From: Podarcis liolepis
Lineage: Eukaryota
Strand: one strand, 5' to 3'
Assembly (NCBI GenBank): GCA_965112155.1
Contig: OZ218114.1
DNA length: 64,000 bases
Shown: piece after piece, positions 11,344-24,013 of the stretch
Layout: each line of letters begins with the position of its first letter
Position numbering within the stretch: position 1 is the stretch's first letter
Notes under the pieces: generated by a model
What the model saw: the letters and a program-made list of their open reading frames with translations, nothing else
Databases searched by the model: none
Told to the model about the DNA's origin: nothing
Made by a program: the position numbers and the translations under genes

Positions 11344-11874
11344 CTGCGGCTGACTAAAGGGAAGTTCCTCCTGTACAAACACCATGGAAGACTGTGTTGA
11401 AGATTGGTTCAGCTGTTCTTTCAGCTTTGCTGGTGTAGGCTGCGTGGCTGCAGGCTGCTGCACTATTTGCGCTGTGGTATTCTCCACTGGTTCAGTGGTG
11501 TGGATAGTGTAAATAAACTCAGGAGACTGAGGCAAGGAGCATGCTATAGCTTGCTCTGATTCTACCACAAAGGATGTAATATCTGAGCCCACAGGTGTCA
11601 GAGGTTCTAGGTGGCTAGCCTGGCCTGAAGAAGGTGCATCATTGTTCCCCGGATTAACTAATAACTGCTGGCCTCGGTTTGGCTGTGAAGTTGGACACTG
11701 GCTCTCCACTGGTTCCACCTTCACCATTTCCAACTTGGGGGATGAATGCATCTCATCTACAATCTGGAAGACAGCCTCCAAGTTTACTTCTGTCTTCTTG
11801 TTTTCATCAGAGGTGTTGCAGGACCAGTTAGAAGGTAGAAATTCAACAGGGTATGAAGATTGCATTGGTGGGTT
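11344..11874 (-). CDS. HSF5: HSF5 coding exon 4
   Basis: tgccag|AAC...CAG|GTATGG; NPPMQSSYPVEFLPSNWSC...VNLEAVFQIVDEMHSSPKLEMVKVEP...; 531 nt, phase 0 to 0. Confidence 0.93.
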
Positions 11875-12281
11875 CTGGCAAGGTAAAGGCAACAAATATA
11901 TTTATTCCATTTATCTATTTGTTTTTGGCATATATGTTATGCTCTTTCAACAATGTCAACTAGGCCCTCCACAAACAATGTTAAATGCCCTCCCTTGGGT
12001 TAGGGGTTAGGAACATATGAACATGGAAAGCTTCTTATACTATGTCAGATACCCTGGTGTATCGAGATGATGATGATGATTTACAAAGATTTAGCTGGAG
12101 AAGCTGGGGATTGAACCTGATAACTTTTCAATGAGGTGTTCTACCACTGAGCTGCTGCATTTTTGATGTTCATTAAAAACAAAAATGTTTTATTTCAATA
12201 CCATGAACACATCAGATGGAAAGGATTGTGGCCTGCACTGTGAGAGAAGAGAGGTAAACAGTCAAGCCAAGCCAAGTCCAC

Positions 12282-12284
<3 letters not shown>

Positions 12285-12327
<43 letters not shown>
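12285..12327. repeat. (GT)n microsatellite
   Basis: About 21 perfect units. Confidence 0.98.
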
Positions 12328-12330
<3 letters not shown>

Positions 12331-13091
12331 GCTGCCTCCACTAAACAGCCCTTTAGCCTTCTGGAATTTAACTGACCCATCCTACTCCCTATACTGGGTA
12401 AAGTGGTATGGCAATGAGACATAACAAGGCCTCAGACAAAATGTTTCTAAAAGACAGTTTTAGTTAAGGTTTTTGTAAGGCAAAACGATTTTAGAAGAAA
12501 ATGACTTTAAAAGGAAAAGTAATTTTACTTCTCTTGGAAACTGAAATAGTTATTTGTGAGTACTTGTTTATATCAGTCATTTGGCTCCAAAACAATGTAA
12601 AGAGTTCACACACTATTCTTTCATTTATGAATTATTTAAGCAGAGACTGGATGGACGTCTGACAAGGATGCTGTAGTTGTCTCTTCCATTGCAGATCTTA
12701 CATTGACTTGATAACCTACAATGTCCCTTCCAGCTCTCTTATTATATGAAGTGTTTTCTTTCCATTTATTTTTCAATTTTGCAAAATAATGCTTCTTATG
12801 CATTGATATGTAGCTGAAGTAGCGAACCAGAATGAAACTCTCTTGATACACGGGCTATGATCCAAAGGCATGTTCAATTTGTTCTGTGTGACCAAGGAAG
12901 CTTTGGTCTTGTGTTTCTCAATCTTCAGCTCCTCTCTGGCATATAGCAAGCCACTTTTGAAACAGAGAACTTCAAAAACAGTTTGCGATGCGCACATCAA
13001 AAGAGTCTGCTCTTCAAAGTCAAATATTGCATTAGGTATGCCTAAAGTGGCTCATTAGATCATGGCAAATATACTTGCTTATTTGACTCAC

Positions 13092-13189
13092 CTGAAAATA
13101 ACTGCAGTGTGTATAGGTTGAGGCAGTAGGACTAGCACAGCCACTTAAGGGATCCATGTGGGTAGGTGGAGAGCAACACTGTAATACAG
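13092..13189 (-). CDS. HSF5: HSF5 coding exon 3
   Basis: ctttccag|CT...CAG|GTGAGT; AVLQCCSPPTHMDPLSGCASPTASTYTHCSYFQ; 98 nt, phase 1 to 0. Confidence 0.92.
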
Positions 13190-16100
13190 CTGGAAAGGGG
13201 AAGAAAAGGTAAAATAATAATAATAAACTTTCCCAACCATTAAGAAACCTCTCTGGATTGTATTTTTAAATACATACTATAGTTCTACTAGCTCCAAACT
13301 AGCACAAAAATGCAATATTCTATCTGCACATAATGGAGAAGGAACAGCCTGGTTTCAGAGAGGTATTAAAGAGGAGGAATGCACAGCTTGGCAAAGACGT
13401 ACATAGAAAGCAAAAACACAGGGTTTCAAAAATAGCAGGGTACTCTTGCCAAAAGAGAGAATAGTTTTGCTGATGTTTGCTACTATTTCCGTTTTTAAAA
13501 TCCCATGCTCTACTGAAAAGTATATGGTCCTGCTCAACAATGTCTAGATTTTGACGTATGAATAAATGTCTATCTTATTTTGTGTCCAGTTTTCTTTCTT
13601 AATTTAGAAGACATTCACACCATACATGAATATAAATGATAAAACTTATTTAGAACATCAGCCAGTGGGATGAGTGAGTATGGATTTGTACTGCTTTTCA
13701 CAGTGATCTTAAAAAGACACTTTACAAGGTATATAACAATCATGCAACCGTATTCCACTTTTTTGTAAACCACTTTGATGTTTCTTTGGTTTTACATCAA
13801 TTTTGTTAAATAAATAAATTCCACGCTGTGCTCATGTATTATTTTTTTAGTTGCTTTTTCACTAGTGTCCTCAAGGTGGCTAACAGCACTTATAAAATAC
13901 AACAGAGCTCTTCCACATTTGCTTGCACAAAGCTTACATGGAGGCTAGACTCTATCAAGTCTTTATTGGTCATGAGTTCTGATTTTGCAGAGAGGCTATG
14001 CAACATTGAAAATTCATTTTGATCTGCTTGTGAGGTGTTGCCTGTTAATCCCGTGTTCATCCCACACATTTTCCCATCACTTTTCCAATTGCAAAAAGTC
14101 AGCTTTATTTTTTTTAAAAGTGGATTTCTCTCACTGGGGCAAGAGAGCCCTTTAATCCACTTTACTTGTGCAAACCTAAATTTTCTGGTATGTGCTCGAA
14201 TCGCTTCAGAAAACTAACAGTTTGGAGGTGACCCAAGAACCACACCAGCCTCACTGGAGCAGGAGCAGGCATCAGAGGTCCCTTCCCACAGGGCAGTTGC
14301 TGTAATTTGGCAACCAGCTTATGTTCACAAGTGTGATACCAGCTCAAGGGGCAATTACATTTTCCTACTATTGTAACTAGGACCGGAAAAATCCTCAAGA
14401 TCCTTACTCTCCCAACAAATGAGTGGCAATTGCAAACTTATTGTGTTGTAAAAAAAGCTCTAAAATGTAAAGAACTGCTTGTCTCATTCAAACTAAAATG
14501 AAATCAGTTCACTGCTGGCATGGCAGGCTGTAATGCATTCCAAATAAGAGGCAAGTAATGAATCTAGGCTAGAAGTGCCCGCTGCAGGTAAAACCTCATG
14601 TAGATAGCCCAAGCACCATGCTCTGAATATTGGCAAAAAAGACCCCATGGGGGTTACCTCTCTATATGACCCAGAAAAACACCTTCCAAGCCCAATAATG
14701 GTGATTAACCAGACTCAGGGCTGGTTTGCACAACATTTCTACAATAAATTGCGTCCCATAGGTCAGATCTATCTGTCCCAACCTGGCTCTAGTAGTGGTA
14801 CCTAAAACCCAATCTTAGCAAGGAAGCCACAAGAAGAGACGGCTGCGTACCTGCTGCTCTTCTTGGGACTCCTCCAAACAAGCCTGCTGCAGAGGGATGT
14901 GTAAGCCAGATTGTTCTGCATGTATGCTTCCAATTAGCAGATGAATCTCTTCCAAGTGAAGCATCCTTTTTTTGTGCCCACAAGAGCTGATCTGTGCATA
15001 CAAACTTTCCCCCCATTATTGAATGAATGAATTAAACAATGGGGGACAAAGGTGGGAAGTATTGCAACATAATTTTCAGGTGAACAAAGGAAGAGCCATA
15101 AGCCAAGCCTGTTCCTTAGTGGGAATACACTTTGTTTAGAGTATCTAATTTTTTCTGTCCTTCTGTTGTGATATTTTTGTTACGTTCATACTTTTGTCTC
15201 TCTGCCCATATGTAACATATTATATTGTATATGCACAACATTATTCACATAATGTCCACTGTATTTCAGAGGTCACTTCACTTTATATATTCCTTCTTCT
15301 GAATCTGGTTGTGCGCCATTGTGGTAAGATCTGAATACATCCAGGAACACTGATCAGTTGAAGTTTGTCTCCCTGCTGGGAAAGCAGCACCAATACAGCG
15401 TTCCCAACCCATACACCAGAAAACAATTGCAGCAGATATGAAAAATGGTGATAGATTCCTCTGCCCACTATAAGCAATTAAACCACAACTTTTGAAAAGA
15501 TGAAAAAGGAGCACTATGAACCATTTTTCAAATAGCCATAAGAAAAGCCTCCAGGAAAATAAGAAGATTGGTAACGATGTTGTGTGGATGGACTGCAAAA
15601 AATAGAAAATGAGGAATGGTGATTCCACCCTAAATGCCCTACAACAGTGTCACAAGTTTCCTTCCAAAATATATAATGAGGACAGTGGATGGGACTATGA
15701 GATGAAAAATAATCCACAATGGCCTGTGCCTTTTAACTAATGCCAGCCCAATACTAAAAAACCGTTCACTACAGAGAAAGCCTACTTAACGCTCCTGTAA
15801 TCAGTGTTCAATTGCAATGATATAAGTCTTGTATAAAGGGCCAAGCACTGTTCAAATGGGATGTATCTTTTGAAAAAAATTCAAGAAAATAAATGCCTTC
15901 TTTTTGGATTTACTTTATTTGCATTTTCTTCTTCCCACTATATATAATATATATTCATCCTGTACAGACATTAGGCTTGTGGAATTTACTTTGATGAGAA
16001 ATCCACCAAATCCTGCAACTAGATAAAGGTACAAAATTGTGCCTGTGAAGGAAGCCAGATTCAAAGTAGTGGCCCATGGGGCAGAGTAAATGGTCTACCC

Positions 16101-16366
16101 TATAATCCATGAGCCCTACACTTGAATACCCTACGTAAGTATCATTCTATATCTGAATTACTACAGATCAGAGCTTCTAACAGGCTTTTTTTTTTTTTAG
16201 GTGAGGAGGGCGGCGGTCTGCTCTTGCTATTGTTAAACAACTGGGAGTCAGAAACTCTTCCCAATCTAGTCTGAATAATCCCATTATCTACCATTTGCTT
16301 TCTGCCCACCCTGCATTAAAGCACACTTGTATGTTGTTGTTTTCTGAAATACCTAGATCAGGTTAC

Positions 16367-16738
16367 CTGTTGGGTAGTAAGCTTGGGAGTATGGTGCTGA
16401 AGCTGCGTAACTGGTATATTTCTGGGATGATGCAGCAATCGTCTGCGGTCCTTGCTGAATGTGCACTGAGGTAGCGCTGGGCTGCAGAGTGTAAGTTACC
16501 TCAGTTGGAAACCTCTGGAGCACAGGAAATGGAACTCCTTTGTCAGAAAAAGTTGATGTCTCCACCTGCCCTGGGAGCATCCCAAGGGAGTTCTGCCATG
16601 TTCTTGGAGGAAGAGGAGTCCGTTCTGAACCTTTCAGTGGGAAGGTATTTTGGTTGTGAGATGATGGTGACAGGTATGAGTATGGAGATAAATTATCTCG
16701 CCGAAAAGACCGGTGAAACTGTCCTAAAGTCAGTGGTG
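16367..16738 (-). CDS. HSF5: HSF5 coding exon 2
   Basis: ccctatgcag|CA...ACAG|GTAACC; GQFHRSFRRD...VPFPVLQRFPTEVTYTLQPS...; 372 nt, phase 1 to 1. Confidence 0.95.
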
Positions 16739-17752
16739 CTGCATAGGGAGAGGGAAAGAAAGTATTCACTGGATTATTAACAAGCATAAAACAGTAGATA
16801 CCTCAATATTAGCTATAATTAAAATATTACAGAGAGCAAGCATTTTATTTCAGCAAGCATTTTAAGTTATTTCTGATTTAAAGGTCTTAATGATTTTTAT
16901 CTCTATTGTATTTGCTGAGTTTGGGGAAAGTGTCACAAAAATGCATATATTACTGAAAATAACATACAAAAAACATATTCTGCATCTGGGAAACTGCTTG
17001 CAAAAAAATAGTCAAAACTGCATGCAGAAATGTGCTTATTATGAGAAATTCACATTAATAGCCAACACATTTTCTTGAGGATTATTAAAAAAAAAATTGC
17101 TGCAGAAATGTGAACTGGATTTAAGATTGGAAAAATGAGGAACCGGAGAAAGTGAAATTGACATATTTGTCCATCCATGTGTACAGCCCTGATCCAGGAT
17201 TTAACTGTGAGCCCTTCCTGTTTTTCGCATCAAACTATGCCCAGGATCTCACTACAAAGCTTAAATTTTAGAGGGATACACAGCCTGAATTTCCAGCTCA
17301 GAATCAGAAGCTGCCATTTAGATAACAGGCAGGACCATGATGCCAATAGCCTGACTTTACTGCCACATCAGTGTTGCAAACTCTTTTGAATTATATGTGC
17401 AAATTGAAACTGGAGGAGTGCAGTGTGATGGAGGCTCCTTGCATAGTTTTCATTTATATATTAAGGTATTTGTGTCCTGCACCCCAAAAAGATCCCAGGG
17501 AAGTTTATAACAAATATACACACTATTGTTATCAAATTTTAAAATAAAGAAACGAAAACACAATAAAATCTAAAAGCAACAGAAAAGCAAATAAAAAACT
17601 AACCAGAAATTAATATTCACAATTAAAATAACTAAGAAAGAGCTTTAACTAACGCTAAAACAGCATCAGTGTGGAAAGCCAGGAGAGCATCTTTAGTAGG
17701 CATACCTTGGAAATGGGACACCATCATCCCTTTCTCTGGTTGCCACTTGCTA

Positions 17753-17794
<42 letters not shown>
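17753..17794. repeat. (TAT)n microsatellite
   Basis: About 14 units. Confidence 0.97.
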
Positions 17795-17795
<1 letters not shown>

Positions 17796-20700
17796 TACAG
17801 TCTCAAACCCTGACGGGCTCTAAAGGTAAGCACCAGTATGCAGAGCTGGGTCTAGAAACAGACCAGGCCATTCAGACTACGTATGTCCCTGAATACCAAC
17901 TGCTGGCTGCCAGGGAATCACAAATCAATAAAGTGCTGTTGCACTCATCTTCTGCTTGTGGGCTTCTTAAAGGCATCTGGTAGGCCACTGTGAGAACAGG
18001 ATGCTGGACTAGATAGGCCTTCAGTCTCATGAGGCAGAGCTCTTATTATAACTCTCGCCCAGTTAACAGACTGACAGCTGTTTGGTTTTTTAAAACTAAC
18101 CAGAGTTTTGACCATGAGAAGTTGTCCTTGTATTTTTATTTTTATTCGTATAGGATCTCTAGATAAAATATTTTTAATGGCAATTTGTTGTTTTATATCC
18201 TGCTGCTTCAGCATTTCCACTGTTAAAACAGCTAACATTGTTTTAATTCAATGTTATTCACTTCCCTGAGCTAAACTGAGGATAAGTGGATGTTTTAAAT
18301 AAATTTGTTTAAAAAGAAATTAACAAGGGCCATGGCACAGTGTATGCAAAAGGTCCCAAGTTCAATACCAAACATCCAGAACTCCAAAAGGGGCTGGGAG
18401 AGACTCCTTGCCTGAACCCGTGGAGAGCCCCTGCCAGTCAGCACAGACAATATTGAGCTGCATAGACCAGTTTCCTATTTGTCACATTCTATTGTATTTG
18501 TGGGCTTTTCTTGTATGGATGTGGTATTTGTGTAGGAATTGTGTGAAGAATCCCTGTCTATAAGGTGTATATCTCAGGCAAATGCACTGCTCTTCTAAAG
18601 GGTGGGCCTTCTTTATCTCCCTGCAGAGGTTAGCAGTACTTTCACCCATTATTGATGTTTATACATTTCCTCCTCAGACTGAGCTGGGGGGAAGATAGAT
18701 ATAAATTAAAAATGTATATTGTGTTAAAAATGGAGGAAGGGCAATCTCCAACCCAATGTTTTGCCTCCTGTTTCCTTTCCTTTTGTATCATTAACCTAGT
18801 ATGACCATCAGCTACACAACCTCCTCTTTGGGTTTGAGGCTAGGGCTCGAAATACTGTGCAGTCATTTTTGCCCCCTACTGGGTATGCAAAAGAGGAGAG
18901 GCTTGTGAACGTTGCTTAATTGTAGCAGCTATAAAAATAAATATCATTATTCCTTGGGCTGAGGAAAGTAGTAAAGGAAGAGTGAGACAATGGCTAGGAT
19001 AAGAAATGGTCCAATTTGTTTAGCAAGACTAATTCTTCTTTATAGAGGTGCTCTACTTTTTCTTGGGGGGGGGGGTGATATAAGATGCAAACTGCACCAG
19101 CTAATTGCAGTATACAGCGACAACTAGTGTACAAAATGAGCTGGTGCACACTTGCCCTAAAGGTTGGGAACAGATAAAATGTATTTGTGGGCATATCTAC
19201 GCAGCAAAATTCAGTCCACTTAACCACCTGTTTCTCCTCAAAAAAAATTAATAAATTGTAGCCCTGACTAGGATCTCAGGTTCTTTATTTTCCATTGTTC
19301 TCTGAAGAAAGCAAACTTGAAATTTACAGTATATGCATTATGCAATAGGACAGTATCATGAAGGGGGAGTTACTCTGCACTGATTTGCAATAGAAGAGAC
19401 TCTTGCCCCACATCTCTATCGCAATGAGTGCAACAGTAATGTAGATGGAGTTTGTGGTGGGAGGAGTCTTCTCAGCTAAGGCATTGCAGAGCTGAAACAC
19501 ATGAAGTGGGAGAGGGAAGGAGATAGAGCACCTGCTACCACCACCAACCTTCTGGAGTATGACTTTGTGAATATCCTGTGATCTTGTTTTCTGAGGTTGC
19601 GTGTTTAATTTTAGTTAATATAAATTAGATGCTTGTGGAGGTATCTGAACTTTCCTATGGTACTCAGAAGCTGGATAGCTTAAGATGGTAACAGAATGGA
19701 TTTTCCTCCTGCCCTTTCAGTCAGTACATATGGACACAGTGGGAGATTCAAACAAGCGTTTTTGTGATTATAGATCCAGAGGATGGGGTTTAATCTGGAC
19801 CAAAAGGCTGTTTCAGAGAATGTTAGAACTGAAGTGAATGGCATGATTACTTGAAAAGAGGCTAGATGAATTTCAACAGTGTCTATTTTCATACCCTAGG
19901 AAATTGGGCAGAGGCATGTGCATGAATGGAACTATGTCCACATGTGGTACCAAGGTGCTTTCAACTTGTGGGAGGTGTTCATAGGGGGCTTAAATCTGAA
20001 TGCTAGAACTAAACCCTGGTGCGTGCCTGTCATATGCATTCCACATCAGCACTGAGTAACTGCAGCCACATTCATACATCCAACCATTATGTGGGACTAG
20101 AAGTTTCCATGTAAAAATGAAAGTGAATTTTGCTGTAAGGGGCCATGAACATACAGTCCAATTCTATGTATTTTCAGTGGCAGCAGCTCTCCATGGGCTG
20201 CTAAGAATGGGGGGGGGGGGTCACTGTGTGTTGTTTCTGGAGCAGACCAAGTTTTGTGGCACCTTAAAGGCTAATATATTTATTATGACATGAACTTCCA
20301 TCCTGTGTGACCATATACATATGTGTAATCTACACATAGACAGAACTGTCAACTGTGGGCAACACTTGGTGATTCTGTTGAAGCAGAATGTTTATGCCTT
20401 TTTTCAGTTTTAAGATTCATCTTTAGCTAATTCATATTTGGAACTAAGGCACATGCCAACTACATATGCTAAAAATGTCTTAGTTCCATCGAAGCCTTTT
20501 CTATTTACCTGGTCTATATATTACCGTGACAGATAAATTTTATTTTACGCTGTTATTTTATATTGGTGGGTTTTAACACATGCATTGAATGTTTTTTATT
20601 CTTTTGCACAGCACACTGGGATTTTTAACTATTGAAGCAGTCTGTAAGCAATTTAAATGTCTACTCAGAAGTAAGCTCTACTGAATCCCACAGAGCTCAC

Positions 20701-20879
20701 TCCTAGGTAAGTAGAGCTAGGACTGCTGCCTAAAGAGATCCATAAAATGGGTGCCACAAAGCTTTTTGCTGCCCTTGTCCAAGAAACTAAATGCTTTTTT
20801 TGTGGGTGGGTGGGGGGGTGAGGTTGAACCCTGGAGGCTCTTTCGACGGCCCCTCTTCCCCTTGGCAGGCTGTGGTTAC

Positions 20880-22200
20880 TCTGCACGTGCTCAAGAGCCT
20901 TCTGGTCTTGCAGGAGCTGTTGCTGCGTCGCGCCGTCTCTCTCACCGGGCTTGTTGTCGCTGCTCTTGGCGGCCGCCCCGGCGGCGGAGGCGGCTGCTGC
21001 TGCTGCCACGGCGGCGGCGGCCTGCCCCGCGGGGCTGTTGTGCTGCTGGTGGTGCTGATGCTGCTGCGCCAGGAGGGCCTCCCCGCCGTGCAGGGAAGTG
21101 CTGAGGAGGCGCTGGAAGCGGTTGGGCGGGCGGCTGGTGACTTCCAGCCCGGCGGCCAGCTTGGCTTTGTTGGCGCTGGTCAGGCGCTTGAGGTGCACCA
21201 ACAGGTCGGGCCGGTCGCGGCGAAAGTGCGGGCTGTGGAAATGGTGCAAAGGGCCGCCGGGGGCCGAGGACGACGACGAAGCCGGGGAAGAGGAGGAAGC
21301 CGAGGAGGCCGAAGAAGACGAGGCCGACCCTCCTCCGCCTCCCCCTCCGGGCGGGCCCAGCACCACTTTTCGGAAGCCGTACAGGTTGAGCTGGCGGATG
21401 AAGCTGGTGAAGTTGGTGGTCTTGAATAGCTCCGGGGAGGCGGGCGGCCCTGAGGGGACGCCCGACGACGAGGCCGAGGCGCCGCCTCCATCGCCGCCTG
21501 GGCCGCCTCCCCCAACGGCCGCCACCGCCGCGCCTCCCCCGGCTCCTCCTCCTCCTGCTCCTCCTCCCCCGGCGCCCAGGAGCTCCGCCTCGAACAAGGG
21601 CTGGTCAATGAGGAGCCCTTCGCCGCGGGCGTCCCAGCGGATGGAGCGGAAGCGCGGGCTGTTCACCAGCCGCCACAGCTTGGCCGGGAAGTTGTTGGGG
21701 TTGATGGGCGCCGCCGACAGCAGCGGGTCCTCCATGGCGCTTCTGAGGAGGAAGAAACGGGCGGCGAGGCCTCGCGCGCACCTCAGAGCGAGACACCCCT
21801 CCTTCTTTCCCCTTTCCTTTCACTCGTTTCCTGCCCCCATGGCCCGCGCCTCAGGACGGCCCAACGGACGGACGGACGGCGCGAGGGACCGGCGGCTTTT
21901 TTTTCCCTCCCCCAACGGCCGCCGCCGTCAATCACGCGCGGGGCCGCCACCGTCGAGGCAGAGGCGGGCTGGAAAGGCACGCGAAGAGGCTGCTCTCGTT
22001 GTCTCCCGCCAAAACCGCACAACCGACCCCCCACAACAACGGCGATTGGGCAAACACATAAAAATATAGACACAACAACGACGACAACAATAATCATTTG
22101 ACAAAACAGTAAATAGTAACGATAACGTATTGCACACGCGGCGGCACGTGCTTCGTGTGTTGCCAGGCTATCTTTGGGATAGGCGACTTGATACCTGCGA
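20880..22200. promoter_or_regulatory. CpG island spanning HSF5 exon 1 and promoter
   Basis: Very high GC and CpG density relative to flanks; CCAAT box (ATTGG 22045-22049), E2F site 22004-22014, E-box 22145-22150. Confidence 0.9.
20946..21735 (-). CDS. HSF5: HSF5 coding exon 1 (HSF DNA-binding domain)
   Basis: gccATGG start; NNFPAKLWRLVN...FKTTNFTSFIRQLNLYGFRKV...HHFHSPHFRRD = HSF winged helix; donor CCG|GTGAGA; 790 nt, phase 1. Confidence 0.97.
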
Positions 22201-24007
22201 AAATCTTATGGATTTTCTCATCCATTTCCTCCCCTCGCCCCCAAATCCGCATCTCGCAGTTCTTTGCTTCGTTTGCGTGCTATTTTTGCAAACTGAACAA
22301 GTGCATCTTTTAAAATAATAATCACCTCAGTTTTCAGAGTTCCCTTTTACTCCCTCCCTGAGATCATGTGCAAATGTCATTAAAAAACAAAAACAATATA
22401 CACCTTGGCGACGTAAACACAAATGCGCATCATGGAAATAGTTAACATATAGCAAATTGGTATAGGTTGTAACAAATGAGCCTCTGTACAAAGGATGCTT
22501 TGCCCTCACCTCAAGAGCACAAGATTCTGTACTCTTGGAATCACCTCCTTCATAAACAGGCCAAAAATACATTACACACAGCACATGAATAAAATTCCTG
22601 TTGGCTCACAACTTGACATGGATACTACAATTTTTATTACCTTTATATCCCCTTTCCTCCATGGAACTCAATGTGGTGTACGTAGCCTGAGTCCCATAAC
22701 TTTTACAAATTAAAAAGGGTGCTCTGAGCCAGTGAATGGGTGGCTGGCTGGCTGGCTTTTCCTAGAGGATGTTACCATCAATGGTGAGAACAGGATGCTG
22801 GACTTGATGGGTCCCCTTTGGCCAAACACAGCAGCTGGGTTCCTATGTTCCTCATTCTCAAACTTGGTGATTGAGGGAGAACTGCATGTGTTCAGGACAC
22901 TTTCCCAACTTATGCAAAAAATGCATATACATAAACCATAGTGTTTGAACATTACACTAGCGGTACCCACCCTTAACTGTAATTGCCACCTAAATCTGAA
23001 AATAATTAAATGTAATAAATGTAGCTCTGTGCATATACAGAGCTTTCCCCCTTGCCACCAATAAACTAACAAACCTCGCCCCATGCTCTTAGAATTGTCA
23101 CCCCAATTTATGTAAGTGCCAAAAATATACTAGGTGCTTTATATGAATGAAATGCACAGGGCCCCGCAGGTGGCCTTACAATCAGCAGGGTTGCCAAGTA
23201 GGTCTGAGCCCCCACCCCCACACTTTAAAAAAAGGGGGGATATTTTAAGATGGCTTTTCCAAAATAGGCTTTAGTCATTTGTCAACTCAGGCTTGGTGGC
23301 ATGGGTTAGGAAACCTCTCCTGTAAAAATGCGGCAGCAGCAATGGCCTTTGAGTGCTTTTGCATGTCTGGAATACACCCCTGAGCTGTGACTGCTTCTTT
23401 GCTTGCTGGGGTGGAAGCGTGTGTCTGTGTGGAAATTCTGACTTTTACATGGCTTCCCTTCTGTCCAAAGGGAAGAGTCATATCTGTTCCTCCAGCCACT
23501 TTTGCCTGTGGCCCTGCCCAACACTGGCATACATACAGGCCCTGGAAAGTTGCCCTGTGAGGGAATGCAGACCTTGGACCAGCTGGCTGGGGCTGATGGG
23601 AACAATTATCCAAAACATCTGAAGGGCACCAGGTTGCCAAAGGCCATTTGAATGATTTTATCTAAATGGCTTTGTTTTGCCTGAAAAGCCATATAAAAAC
23701 ATTGCCTGCCATGTGTTGAATATTCAGCTTGAAATTTCTCAAGCCAGGGACCTGTGATTTATTATTTTTCTGCAAAGTACAGTGGAGTCCATAATGGCAC
23801 TGATCCCAGCCTGCTCTTGACACAGTTAAATTAAGGGCCCTCTCCAAGCTGTTAACCACCAACCTTTTCTTTTGAAAAGCCATTTTTTCACCTAGGAGAA
23901 ACAGAGCAGCCCCGGTTATATCCTCCTCTAGGAAAGGCTCCAGGAATATCATTCATTCACTCATGATTAAATAAAACGGTCCAACAAAGCAGCACTAATA
24001 TAGAGAT

Positions 24008-24013
24008 TTTATT
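24008..24013 (-). terminator. MTMR4: MTMR4 polyadenylation signal
   Basis: AATAAA on - strand about 2.0 kb after stop, followed by GU/U-rich sequence; marks end of the repeat-poor 3'UTR (about 23990-26017). Confidence 0.7.

Noticed and set aside
12636-13058. Overlapping 60-75 aa ORFs just after HSF5 exon 3
   Set aside because: No convincing splice sites or recognisable protein; HSF5 exon phases are already complete without them
17669-17983. ORFs with poly-Tyr, poly-Ser/Asn (39360-39755) or His-Thr runs
   Set aside because: Translations of microsatellites
20665-20945. ORF continuation past HSF5 exon 1
   Set aside because: Read-through of the GTGAG donor into intron; composition changes and exon 2 resumes HSF5 in correct phase
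21098-22069. 323-aa + strand ORF (and 212-aa ORF 20791-21429) antisense to HSF5 exon 1
   Set aside because: Expected shadow ORFs in a stop-poor GC-rich CpG island; non-ATG or weak starts, low complexity, no domain
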